This document shows positions 38,972-47,917 of a stretch of 49,599 bases of DNA, piece by piece. The stretch comes from Candidatus Pelagibacterales bacterium (lineage in GTDB: Bacteria; Pseudomonadota; Alphaproteobacteria; TMED109), in contig PCCU01000017.1 of assembly GCA_002732015.1 (NCBI GenBank), positions 8,350 through 57,948 of the forward strand, read 5' to 3'. Both the position numbers and the translations under genes were made by a program. The notes under the pieces were generated by a model. It was given only the letters and a program-made list of their open reading frames with translations. It was not told the DNA's origin and ran no database searches. Each line of letters starts with the position of its first letter. Position 1 is the first letter of the stretch.

Positions 38972-39811
38972 ATGAAAAACAAAATTCAAATAAAAATAAT
39001 TAATTTACTGAATAAACTATTTAAAAAAAAAAGATTTAATGAAAATTCCAATAATTATAAAAGAAAATTATTTTTTAAAGGTCTATTAGAATGGGATGAC
39101 GAAAGAAATAATTTAATCAGCATAGATCTAATACATAATATTAATCTAGAAAGTCTTTTTTTTATAGAAGCCCAAAAAAAAGTTTTAATTAATAATACTA
39201 AATATTTTCTAGAAGGAGGCCAAGGTAATAATGCTCTTCTTTGGGGTTCTAGGGGCACAGGTAAATCATCATTAGTATACGCTATATATAATCTTTTTAA
39301 AGATAAATACGTTTTTTTAATGATAGAAATTAAGTTTTTTCAAATAAAACATTTACCAAAAATATTAAGGAACTTAGAAAAAATAAAAGAAAAAATTATT
39401 ATTTACTGCGATGATTTTTCGTTTGAAAAAAATAGTGAAGATTTTATAATATTTAAAAATACCCTAGAAGGTAGCTTAAGAAAGCATTCCAATATTATAT
39501 TCTATGTAACATCAAATTATAGACACTTAGTTAGAGGTATGAAAAATAATGATGGTCAACAAATTCATAAAAAAGATGCTACTGAGAACCTAATATCTTT
39601 ATCAGATAGGTTTGGTATTTGGTTAGGCTTTCATAACTTTGACCAAGAAAAATTTTTAAAGGTAGTTTTTTTTTATTCTAAAGCTTTAAAGTTAGATCTA
39701 AAAAAAAATAATATTCAAAACAAGGCATTAGAATGGGCTCTTTTAAGAGGCTCTTATTCTGGTAGAGAAGCTTTTAATTTAGTACGATTTTTACAGTCAG
39801 AAACTAGATAA
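38972..39811 (+). CDS. DUF815 family AAA+ ATPase
   Basis: NNALLWGSRGTGKSSLV, IYCDDFSF, LEGS, TSNYRHL, SLSDRFGIWLGF, SGREA. Confidence 0.88.
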   Translation: MKNKIQIKIINLLNKLFKKKRFNENSNNYKRKLFFKGLLEWDDERNNLISIDLIHNINLESLFFIEAQKKVLINNTKYFLEGGQGNNALLWGSRGTGKSSLVYAIYNLFKDKYVFLMIEIKFFQIKHLPKILRNLEKIKEKIIIYCDDFSFEKNSEDFIIFKNTLEGSLRKHSNIIFYVTSNYRHLVRGMKNNDGQQIHKKDATENLISLSDRFGIWLGFHNFDQEKFLKVVFFYSKALKLDLKKNNIQNKALEWALLRGSYSGREAFNLVRFLQSETR

Positions 39812-39815
39812 ATTA

Positions 39816-40688
39816 TCAATCATATAAAAACTTTAAAGGATCTAAAGGTTTAGAGTTTTTTCTTACTTGAAAATGTAATTGATATTCATCTACATTTCCT
39901 GTTTTTCCCACAGCGCCCAATATATCACCTGTTTTTAGTTCTGACCCAACATTAACAAAAAATTTTTCTAAATGTGCATAGGCCGTAGTCCAACCATTGT
40001 TATGTTTAACTAGTATGAGGTTGCCCCAAGCAGGCAATTCATTACCTCTGTATATCACCTTACCAGTCTTTGCAGCTCTTACTGGGCTGCCTTCAGGCGC
40101 TTTTATATTTATTCCATCATTTCTTCTACCAGAATTTTTAATGCCAAAAGTTGCGATAACTTTACCACTTGTAGGCCATCTAAAAATTTTTTTTACGATT
40201 ACTTTTTTGGGTTGTTTTTTCTTCGTTCTTTTAAAACCTTTTTTGCAATTTTTAGTATCAGCAAAATATGGAATTTTTATTATTTTTCCAATGATTAATT
40301 TTTTTGCATTTAAATTTTTATTTCTTTGTTTAAGATCTTCTACTGTAACTAAAGAACATTCAGCAATTTTAAAGAGAGTATCTCCTTTTTTAATTTTATA
40401 TTTCTGATAATTTGGCAAAAAAATACTTTTACCTGGCTTTAACACAAAAGGAGGCTTTAATTTATTAAACCTTATAATCTCATTGATTGATATATTATAT
40501 TTTTTAGAAATACTTTTTAAAGTATCCCCAGTAATTATTTTTATTTTTTTTGATTTATTATATTTTTTTTCAATATCAGAAAAAACACCCCTTTCAATTT
40601 TAGGGCTGTAAAATTTATCAGAACATGATGATAAAAAAAATATTGAAGTAAATAATATTAATAGTTTTATAGATATTTTTTGAATCAT
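39816..40688 (-). CDS. nlpD: LysM / M23 peptidase lipoprotein (NlpD/DipM-like)
   Basis: Lipobox FLSSC, two LysM repeats (GDTL), NDGINI, YAHL, LHFQVR. Confidence 0.85.
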   Translation of the reverse strand: MIQKISIKLLILFTSIFFLSSCSDKFYSPKIERGVFSDIEKKYNKSKKIKIITGDTLKSISKKYNISINEIIRFNKLKPPFVLKPGKSIFLPNYQKYKIKKGDTLFKIAECSLVTVEDLKQRNKNLNAKKLIIGKIIKIPYFADTKNCKKGFKRTKKKQPKKVIVKKIFRWPTSGKVIATFGIKNSGRRNDGINIKAPEGSPVRAAKTGKVIYRGNELPAWGNLILVKHNNGWTTAYAHLEKFFVNVGSELKTGDILGAVGKTGNVDEYQLHFQVRKNSKPLDPLKFLYD

Positions 40689-41287
40689 AAGATTTTATTT
40701 TCTTCCAATAAGAAATCATTAATATTCAATTTTTCTAACTTTTTATATTTGTTACACATTATTAGACTTACTTTATCTTTATTTTCCTTAGTAAAAAATA
40801 ATAGGCCATCCTTATCTAAAAGATTAGTACAATTATTAGGAATTGTTTTGTAGTTTTTAAATAGAATTACCAAATCGAAAGGAGCAACATTTTTCCAATC
40901 AAAAAAATTAGTACTTTTTTTTATATATATATTAGTAATTTTTAAAAATTTATGAATTGTTTCTAAGTCATTTATTTTTTTTTTATCTGAACATATAGAA
41001 TATATTCTTTTCGCGATTAGAGATGAAATAGCTAAAAACCAGCCTAATTTAAAATCTGATATTAAAACATTATTAATTTTTTTTTTATGTGTTACTGCAT
41101 ATTGTAAAATTTTTAACAATCGTACTAGTTCATCAAAGTAATTTTGACTATAATTATAATAAAAGCCTAATAAATTTTCGTAATAATGAGGAGGTAATTT
41201 TTCTACTGAAAAAAGAATTTCTGAATTATTTATGCCGTTACTTCGTAACATTAATAAAATTTTTATTAAAATTTCCTTATTTTTCAA
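40685..41287 (-). CDS. pcm: Divergent protein-L-isoaspartate O-methyltransferase homolog lacking the SAM-binding motif
   Basis: Occupies the surE-pcm-nlpD slot; retains LRSNGI, WKNVAPFD, LDKDGLL; VLEIGTGSGY replaced by VLISDFKLGW. Confidence 0.65.
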   Translation of the reverse strand: MKNKEILIKILLMLRSNGINNSEILFSVEKLPPHYYENLLGFYYNYSQNYFDELVRLLKILQYAVTHKKKINNVLISDFKLGWFLAISSLIAKRIYSICSDKKKINDLETIHKFLKITNIYIKKSTNFFDWKNVAPFDLVILFKNYKTIPNNCTNLLDKDGLLFFTKENKDKVSLIMCNKYKKLEKLNINDFLLEENKIL

Positions 41288-42062
41288 TAGTTTTCCTAAC
41301 TACTTTAGCTAATTTACTAGCTATTAACTTATCATTTAAGTGACTATTAGAGTGATAGGTTATTGTAATAAAGGATTTTTTCATTTCATATTCATCTTCA
41401 TTAACTTTAGCGGTTTTATGTGTTCTTCTTTCGGATGGCACCAAAAAGTAATAATTATTACTTTTTCCTTTTATTATTTTAGATAACTCACCAGGTTTTC
41501 TTTTTCCTGGTCTAACAACTTTACAACCATTTATATTTTTAATTTTTTTATTTGGAAAATTAATATTATAAAATATGTTGGCTTCTAGGTCTAAGTTTTT
41601 TATACTCAATAAAATTTTAGGTAAAAAATATGCAACTGTTTTCCAGTTTGAAGATTGTTTGTTTTTTTCTAATGATACAGAAAAAGATTTTATTCCTTGT
41701 ATACTTCCTTCTCTAGCAGCTGCTACTGTTCCGGAATATAATAAATCTGTTCCCATATTCTGTCCGTAATTAATACCAGACAAGATAATTGTAGGTTTCA
41801 ACTTTTTTCTAGCTAAATATTTATTTCCAAATATCACGCAATCAACCGGCGTTCCATTTACTATAAATACCTTTTTATCTAATTGTTTAATTTTAATTTT
41901 TTTATTAATTGTAATTGAATGACTCTTGCCAGAATTATTAGATAGTGGAGAAAATTCCCAAATATTATCAGATAATTTTTTAGCAACAGTTTTTAAAACT
42001 TTTAAACCTTTTGCTTTAAATCCATCGTCATTTGTAACTAGAACTAACTCTTCATTTTTCAT
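41277..42062 (-). CDS. surE: 5'/3'-nucleotidase SurE
   Basis: LVTNDDG, SGKSHSIT, GTPVDCV, SGINYGQN, YSGTVAAAREG. Confidence 0.95.
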   Translation of the reverse strand: MKNEELVLVTNDDGFKAKGLKVLKTVAKKLSDNIWEFSPLSNNSGKSHSITINKKIKIKQLDKKVFIVNGTPVDCVIFGNKYLARKKLKPTIILSGINYGQNMGTDLLYSGTVAAAREGSIQGIKSFSVSLEKNKQSSNWKTVAYFLPKILLSIKNLDLEANIFYNINFPNKKIKNINGCKVVRPGKRKPGELSKIIKGKSNNYYFLVPSERRTHKTAKVNEDEYEMKKSFITITYHSNSHLNDKLIASKLAKVVRKTIEK

Positions 42063-43329
42063 TTAAAAGCTCTATCTTGTCTAAGCCACCCATATATTTT
42101 ACTAGAACTTTAGGAAGTCTTACAGTGTTTTTATTTACTTGATAATTTTCTAGAATTGCTAAAAGTGCTCTACCAACAGCAATCCCAGAACCATTCAAAG
42201 TATGCGAAAAAAATTTTTCATTATTACTACTTTTATACTTTGTATTCATTCTTCTAGATTGGAAGTCTGTACAATTTGAACAGCTAGAAATTTCTCTAAA
42301 CTTTTTTTGACTAGGTAGCCATACCTCAATATCATAAGTTTTACTAGCAGAAAAACCCATATCGCCTGAGGATAATAATGTTATTCTGTAAGGAATTTCT
42401 AATAGGTCTAAAACCTTAGTAGCACATTTTGTTAATCTTTCTAGTTCTTTGTCAGAGTTTTCCTTGGTAACTATTGATACTAATTCAACTTTTTTAAACT
42501 CATGCAATCTTATCATTCCTTTAGTATCTTGTCCTGCTGAACCAGCCTCGGATCTAAAACAATTTGTTAGAGCTACATAACGCTTTGGAAGTTCTTTTTC
42601 CAATAATATTTTATCTCTGTATATATTTGTTAAAGTAACTTCTGCTGTAGGTATTAACCACTTTTTGTTTGAGGTGAAAAATAAATCTTCTTTAAATTTA
42701 GGAAGTTGTCCTGTACCTATCAAAGCATCATCTTTTACTAAATGGGGTGTGCTAACCTCTTCATACCCGTGCTCATTAGTATGAATGTCTAACATAAAAT
42801 TACATAATGCCCTCTCTAAGCTAGCCAAATAAGACTTTAATATTACAAATCTAGATCCTGATATTTTACTAGCACTATCAAAATCCATCATACCCATATT
42901 CTTTCCTATTTCATCATGTGAAAGTCCCTCTGTTTTTTTTTCAAATTCTTTAGTTTCAAAAACTAATTCATTGTAGTTATCATCCTTTCCTGTAGGAACT
43001 TTAGGAGAGGCACAATTTGGAAGGCTTAATAAAATTAAATCTAATTTATTAGATACTTTTAAAAGTTGTTCTTCTTTTTTTTTCATATCTAATTTAATTT
43101 CATTTACTCTAACAATCATTTTATTAACTTCTTCTTTATTATTTTTAATTTTAGCTATGGCCTTTGAGGAACTATTTCTTTTATTCTGCAACTCTTGTAG
43201 CTCAAAAATTATACTTCTTTTGTTTTTATCTAAATTTAAAATTTCATTAATATCAATTTTGACAAATCTTCTTTTCATCTCGGCAACAAATTGATTAGGG
43301 TTTTTTCTGATTAAATTGATATCATGCAT
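42052..43329 (-). CDS. serS: Serine--tRNA ligase
   Basis: MHDINLIR start, GTGQLPKF, LIPTAEV, FRSEAG, REISSCSNC, TLNGSG. Confidence 0.97.
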   Translation of the reverse strand: MHDINLIRKNPNQFVAEMKRRFVKIDINEILNLDKNKRSIIFELQELQNKRNSSSKAIAKIKNNKEEVNKMIVRVNEIKLDMKKKEEQLLKVSNKLDLILLSLPNCASPKVPTGKDDNYNELVFETKEFEKKTEGLSHDEIGKNMGMMDFDSASKISGSRFVILKSYLASLERALCNFMLDIHTNEHGYEEVSTPHLVKDDALIGTGQLPKFKEDLFFTSNKKWLIPTAEVTLTNIYRDKILLEKELPKRYVALTNCFRSEAGSAGQDTKGMIRLHEFKKVELVSIVTKENSDKELERLTKCATKVLDLLEIPYRITLLSSGDMGFSASKTYDIEVWLPSQKKFREISSCSNCTDFQSRRMNTKYKSSNNEKFFSHTLNGSGIAVGRALLAILENYQVNKNTVRLPKVLVKYMGGLDKIELLNEK

Positions 43330-43336
43330 TAGATTT

Positions 43337-44179
43337 TCATTGATTAAAATCGGTTTCTCCAAATGTTTTCTTCTTTTTTACGGAATCATGATCATTATTT
43401 TTTCTTTTCTCAAAAAATGCTGCTAAATAAATAGATATTTCAAAAAGAATAATAATAGGAATTCCTAGTCCAATCTGACTTATTAAATCTGGCGGAGTTA
43501 ATACTGCAGCTAATATAAATGCAATAACTATTGCATACTTTCTTCTTTTTTTAAGTTGTTGACTATTTACTAGGCCTGCTCTAGCCAATAAAGTTAAAGC
43601 AACTGGTATTTGAAAAGCTAATCCAAAAGCAAACATAAGTTTTAAAACTAAAGATAAGTATTCATTTACTTTTGCTTCTAATTCTATAGCCATACCTGTC
43701 TCAATGCTAGAAGTCTGGAAACCTAAAAAAAAACTCCAAGCCAAAGGAAATATAAAGTAATAAACTAATGCAGCTCCTAGAGAAAATAAGATAGGAGTTG
43801 CTATTAAAAAAGGTAGAAATGCCTTTTTTTCATTTTTGTATAAGCCAGGAGCAGCAAATTTATAAACCTGCATAGCTAAAATAGGGAAGGATAAAAATAG
43901 TGCTCCATAAAAAGAAACTTTTAAATAAGTAAAAAAAGCTTCTGTTAAAGCAGTATATATCATCCTTGGATTGCTAATACCCTTATCTATATAAATTTGA
44001 TATAGAGGTTCTACTAAAAAATTATAAATCGTATTGGCAAAGTAATAGCATATACAGAAAGTTAAAAAGAAAAATAAAACAGCCCACTTAAGTCTATCTC
44101 TTAATTCTATCAAATGAGATATCAAGGGAGCTTTTGAAGCTTCCATTTCATCTTTATTTTTAGATAATTTCTCGTTCAT
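43337..44179 (-). CDS. tatC: Twin-arginine translocase subunit TatC
   Basis: APLISHLIELRDRL, APGLYKNEK, FGLAFQIP, AVLTPPD. Start at 44179 preferred; ORF track gives 44218. Confidence 0.95.
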   Translation of the reverse strand: MNEKLSKNKDEMEASKAPLISHLIELRDRLKWAVLFFFLTFCICYYFANTIYNFLVEPLYQIYIDKGISNPRMIYTALTEAFFTYLKVSFYGALFLSFPILAMQVYKFAAPGLYKNEKKAFLPFLIATPILFSLGAALVYYFIFPLAWSFFLGFQTSSIETGMAIELEAKVNEYLSLVLKLMFAFGLAFQIPVALTLLARAGLVNSQQLKKRRKYAIVIAFILAAVLTPPDLISQIGLGIPIIILFEISIYLAAFFEKRKNNDHDSVKKKKTFGETDFNQ

Positions 44180-44310
44180 ACAAAATTCTATACTTAAAGT
44201 TCGTAAAAAAGATTCCATTTATCAAAATGAAGTCATTAATAAATAGAACTAAATATTATATATACTAACAAAAAATTATATAATCAATTTTGTCATCTAA
44301 ATATTACTAT

Positions 44311-44532
44311 TCACTTTTTTGCTGAAGTACTTTTCTTTCTTGGGTTTTTCTTGCTTTCCTTTGAAGACGAACTATCATCAATCTCTTCTGACTCTTCACC
44401 CTCCTTCATTCCTGCCTTAAAACTTTTTATACCTTTAGCTATATCACCCATTACACGTGGGATTTTTCCCGCTCCGAATAATATCAAGATTATTACTAAA
44501 ACTAAAACTATTTGCCAAATACTTATACCCAT
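44311..44532 (-). CDS. tatA: Twin-arginine translocase subunit TatA
   Basis: [38 protein letters not shown]; AGGAG RBS. Confidence 0.95.
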   Translation of the reverse strand: MGISIWQIVLVLVIILILFGAGKIPRVMGDIAKGIKSFKAGMKEGEESEEIDDSSSSKESKKNPRKKSTSAKK

Positions 44533-44588
44533 TATTATCTCCTATTTTATGAATTTATATAATATTTTATATAACAGCAATAAATTTT

Positions 44589-45641
44589 TTATTTTGAAAA
44601 AACTAGTATTTTTTTTGTGTTGATACTTAGCCCAACAAATTCATTTATTTTTACATCACTATTACTTGTTCTTACCTTTAAAGCAGGTAAGGTTTTTTTT
44701 ATTAAAACTTTATACTCCCATATATCTCCAAGGAAAAACTTATCTACAACCTTGCACTTTAATCCATTTTTTACAAAATTTACATCCTCAGGCCTTATAA
44801 GAATAAAATGCTTTTTGCTATTGCACTCTTGCTGACTATTTTTACAATCTAAACAATTAATTTTTCCAAAGGGGGTTAATATTTCTCCAGATTTATTAAT
44901 TTTGGCCTCTATTTTATTTGCTTCTCCAACAAATTCAGCAATAAATCTATCAGAAGGTTTATTATATATATTTTCTGGAGTATCATTCTGTATTATTTTA
45001 CCTTTTTTTATAATTAGCATTTTATCACTCACTCTGAAAGCAGATTTAATGTCATGAGTGACAAAAATCACAGATATTTTATTTTCTTTTAAAAGTTTTA
45101 TTGTAAATTCACTAATTTCTTTTCCTAAATTATAATCCAAACTTGAAAAAGGCTCATCCATTAGTAATATTTTTGGTCTAGTAATTAAAATTCTTGCTAG
45201 AGCTACCCTTTGCTTTTCTCCACCAGAGAGTTTATCAGGATATAAGTCAGCAACATCATTTAGTTTAAATACACTTAGCAATTTTGATACTATTTTTTTT
45301 CTGTTGTTTTTTTCTTTATTAAGAATTCCAAACTCAATATTTTCATATACGGTATAGTGCGGAAATAAAACATCTTCTTGAAACATTAACCCTATTTTTC
45401 TCTCACCTGTTGGTATTAATACTTTATTTGAAGATAATAAATTTTTTAAAAAAGTAATAGATCCATTACTAGGCTTAATTAGACCTGCGATTATTTTTAA
45501 AATTGATGATTTTCCTGAACCTGAAGGACCAACAATTGTTAATATTTCGCCTTTTTTGAGAGAGAATGTAATGTTGCTAAGTATATTTTTTAAGCCTACT
45601 TGATAGCTGACATCTTTTAATTCCAAAAAATCTTTATTCAT
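44589..45641 (-). CDS. fbpC: Fe3+ ABC transporter ATP-binding subunit (FbpC/PotA family)
   Basis: GPSGSGKS, LSGGEKQRVALAR, LMDEPFSSLD, C-terminal TOBE-like domain; overlaps the permease stop. Confidence 0.75.
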   Translation of the reverse strand: MNKDFLELKDVSYQVGLKNILSNITFSLKKGEILTIVGPSGSGKSSILKIIAGLIKPSNGSITFLKNLLSSNKVLIPTGERKIGLMFQEDVLFPHYTVYENIEFGILNKEKNNRKKIVSKLLSVFKLNDVADLYPDKLSGGEKQRVALARILITRPKILLMDEPFSSLDYNLGKEISEFTIKLLKENKISVIFVTHDIKSAFRVSDKMLIIKKGKIIQNDTPENIYNKPSDRFIAEFVGEANKIEAKINKSGEILTPFGKINCLDCKNSQQECNSKKHFILIRPEDVNFVKNGLKCKVVDKFFLGDIWEYKVLIKKTLPALKVRTSNSDVKINEFVGLSINTKKILVFSK

Positions 45642-47281
45642 ATTTTTTTCACTTTAAAAATAAGCCTTATCAAAATCAACGGAAGTAAAGAAAATAACAT
45701 AATTAATAGTGATGGAATTGCAGCCATTTTTAATTGTTCAGAACTTGCATACTCAAATGTTAGAATTGACAGAGTATTAAAGTTAAATGGTCTTAAGATT
45801 AATGTTGCGGGTAATTCCTTTAAGATATCAATAAATACAAAAAGAAAAGCTATAATAAAACTAGCCTGTAGCATAGGGATATGAATCTTAAAAAATAGAA
45901 TACTATTTTTTGCTCCTAAATTTATTGCAGCAAAATCAATTTTTTTATTGATTTTTTGATATGCTGCTTCTATTGGGTTAAAAGCCACTGCTAAAAATCT
46001 TATTAAATAAGCAAAAACTAGTATAAAAAAAGAACCTGAAATTATGAGTCCTACATCCTCAATGTTTATTAATTGTAATAGTTGAATAATTTTTTTATCT
46101 AAAAATAGAACTGTAGTTATAACTCCAATTGCTATAACTATACCAGGTGATGCGTATCCAACTTTTGCAAAGTTAATGAATAAATTTAATGAACCTCCAT
46201 AGATCCTTTGTGTAAAACAAATGACAGCTGCAACTATAGTTATTAATGCTGCACTTAAAAATGCAAGCATAATTGAATTAAAAGAAGCCTTATAGAAGTG
46301 TTCAATAATATTAATGTCACTCATGATTAAACTTAAAGAACTGTAAATTAACCATGAAAATGGAATTAATAAAGCAATAACTGTAAAAAATAGAATAACA
46401 ATGAATGGGCCTATATTTTTTTCTGAAAAAACTCTTACATCTTGTTCAGATAAATCAAATGAAAAAACTTTTCCTTCATTTTTATTTCTAAGTAAATTTT
46501 CTACAGTGATAACAATAAAAGCTAATATAAATAATATAGTAGCTAATCTAGCTGCACTATTAAAATCACCTAGACCAAACCATGATTTATAAATCCCTAC
46601 AGAAAGACTATCTATTCCTAGATAATGAACTACTCCAAAGTCTGACATTGTCTCCATCATAACTAATACCAAACTCGCAATAATTGCAGGCTTACCTAAA
46701 GGTAATGCGCATTTAAAAAACAACCTTACTCTATCAACACCTAAATTAGCTGCGGCTTCTATGATTTTTTTAGAATTATTTGCAAAAGAAAACCTTGCTA
46801 TCAAGTAAACGTAAGGAAACAAAGTGATACTCAATACAAATATTGCTCCATGAATAGATCTAACTGATGGCAACAAGTATTGTAATTGTTCCAAATTTAA
46901 AAACTCTAGAAAAGAAAATAACACTCCCCCTTTGTCTGTTATGTCAGCATAACAGTAAGCTACAGCATAAGGAGGAATAGCAATTGGTATTATTAGCAAA
47001 TAAGAAAATAGTTTTTTAAAATAAAAGTCATAAAAAACTGTAAGCCAAGCAGATATAAGTCCTAAAAACAAGGTAAGTATCGATACACCCAGCATTAATA
47101 TAATTGTGTTTATACTGAATTTTAAAAAAAAATTTTCATAAATATGATTCCAAACCAAATTATCTGCTGATAAAGCCTTGAACCAAATAGTTGTAATAGG
47201 AATAAATATTATAGCCGCTATAGCGATACTTATAAACAACCAAACATTATATTCTTTGCCACTTTGCGTTATTGAAAAAAT
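45638..47281 (-). CDS. fbpB: Fe3+ ABC transporter permease (FbpB/FutB); putative ATT start at 47281 (ORF-track TTG at 47239)
   Basis: Two EAA-type repeats; PIAIPPY, FPYVYL, ETMSDFG, GYASPG, KELPATLILRPFNF. Confidence 0.85.
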   Translation of the reverse strand: MFSITQSGKEYNVWLFISIAIAAIIFIPITTIWFKALSADNLVWNHIYENFFLKFSINTIILMLGVSILTLFLGLISAWLTVFYDFYFKKLFSYLLIIPIAIPPYAVAYCYADITDKGGVLFSFLEFLNLEQLQYLLPSVRSIHGAIFVLSITLFPYVYLIARFSFANNSKKIIEAAANLGVDRVRLFFKCALPLGKPAIIASLVLVMMETMSDFGVVHYLGIDSLSVGIYKSWFGLGDFNSAARLATILFILAFIVITVENLLRNKNEGKVFSFDLSEQDVRVFSEKNIGPFIVILFFTVIALLIPFSWLIYSSLSLIMSDINIIEHFYKASFNSIMLAFLSAALITIVAAVICFTQRIYGGSLNLFINFAKVGYASPGIVIAIGVITTVLFLDKKIIQLLQLINIEDVGLIISGSFFILVFAYLIRFLAVAFNPIEAAYQKINKKIDFAAINLGAKNSILFFKIHIPMLQASFIIAFLFVFIDILKELPATLILRPFNFNTLSILTFEYASSEQLKMAAIPSLLIMLFSLLPLILIRLIFKVKKI

Positions 47282-47324
47282 TCAATTCTCCTTAAAACCT
47301 TAAATAAAAAGACTTAGTTGCTAT

Positions 47325-47345
47325 TGTAATTGATAATTATTTACA
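47325..47345. promoter_or_regulatory. Putative Fur box over the fbpBC promoter
   Basis: TGTAATTGATAATTATTTACA: imperfect 10-1-10 palindrome (8 of 10 pairs); inner 19 nt match GATAATGATAATCATTATC at 13/19; spans the spacer of a minus-strand TTGCAA-N18-TACAAT and overlaps the -10. Confidence 0.6.
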
Positions 47346-47353
47346 TTTGCAAG

Positions 47354-47914
47354 TCAATTTATTAATTCGTCTTTTAAGTTATCTCCTTTTGTCAATAGTC
47401 CCATCTCTTTTAGTTCTTTTTTAGATGGTAATTCTTTAAGATTGGTTAAATTAAAATATTGAAGAAAATATTTTGTAGTATGCCACAAAGCAGGTCTTCC
47501 CGGAACTTCCTTTCTACCTTTGTTTTCAATCCAGTCATTATTTAACAATAGCTCAAATATACCGGGATGAGTTGAAACTCCTCTTATTTCATCTATCTCT
47601 GGTTTAGTGATAGGTTGAAAATAAGCAACAATTGATAACGTTTCCATAGCAGCTTTTGATAATTTTTTTCTTATTATTTTATGCTCTTTTAAATATTCAG
47701 AAAGGTCCGGTGAAGTTTCAAAATACCACATGTTATCACTTACTTTAAGGTTTATACCTCTTACTTCATAGTCTTTTTGCAATTTTAATAAATAACTATT
47801 TATATTTTCAAATTCTGGAATTCTTTTTTTAATATCGTTTAAGTGAATAGCTTTTTCACTAGCAAAAATTAATGCTTCTATTATTCTTAAAACTTTTTTT
47901 TCCTCTTTTAACAT
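47354..47914 (-). CDS. scpB: SMC-Scp complex subunit ScpB
   Basis: IEALIFAS, LSKAAMETLSIVAYFQPIT, IRGV, PGRP, F.L..L.ELP. Confidence 0.95.
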   Translation of the reverse strand: MLKEEKKVLRIIEALIFASEKAIHLNDIKKRIPEFENINSYLLKLQKDYEVRGINLKVSDNMWYFETSPDLSEYLKEHKIIRKKLSKAAMETLSIVAYFQPITKPEIDEIRGVSTHPGIFELLLNNDWIENKGRKEVPGRPALWHTTKYFLQYFNLTNLKELPSKKELKEMGLLTKGDNLKDELIN

Positions 47915-47917
47915 ATA

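Noticed and set aside
38972-39811. Stand-alone AAA+ ATPase as a defence or mobile-element gene
   Set aside because: Motifs match DUF815, which normally sits between yajC and nlpD in alphaproteobacteria.
130-46592. Short opposite-strand ORFs in the track (e.g. 130-327, 3434-3739, 30058-30378, 39997-40407, 44351-44623)
   Set aside because: They lie antisense to well-supported genes, have no motifs and show shadow-frame composition.
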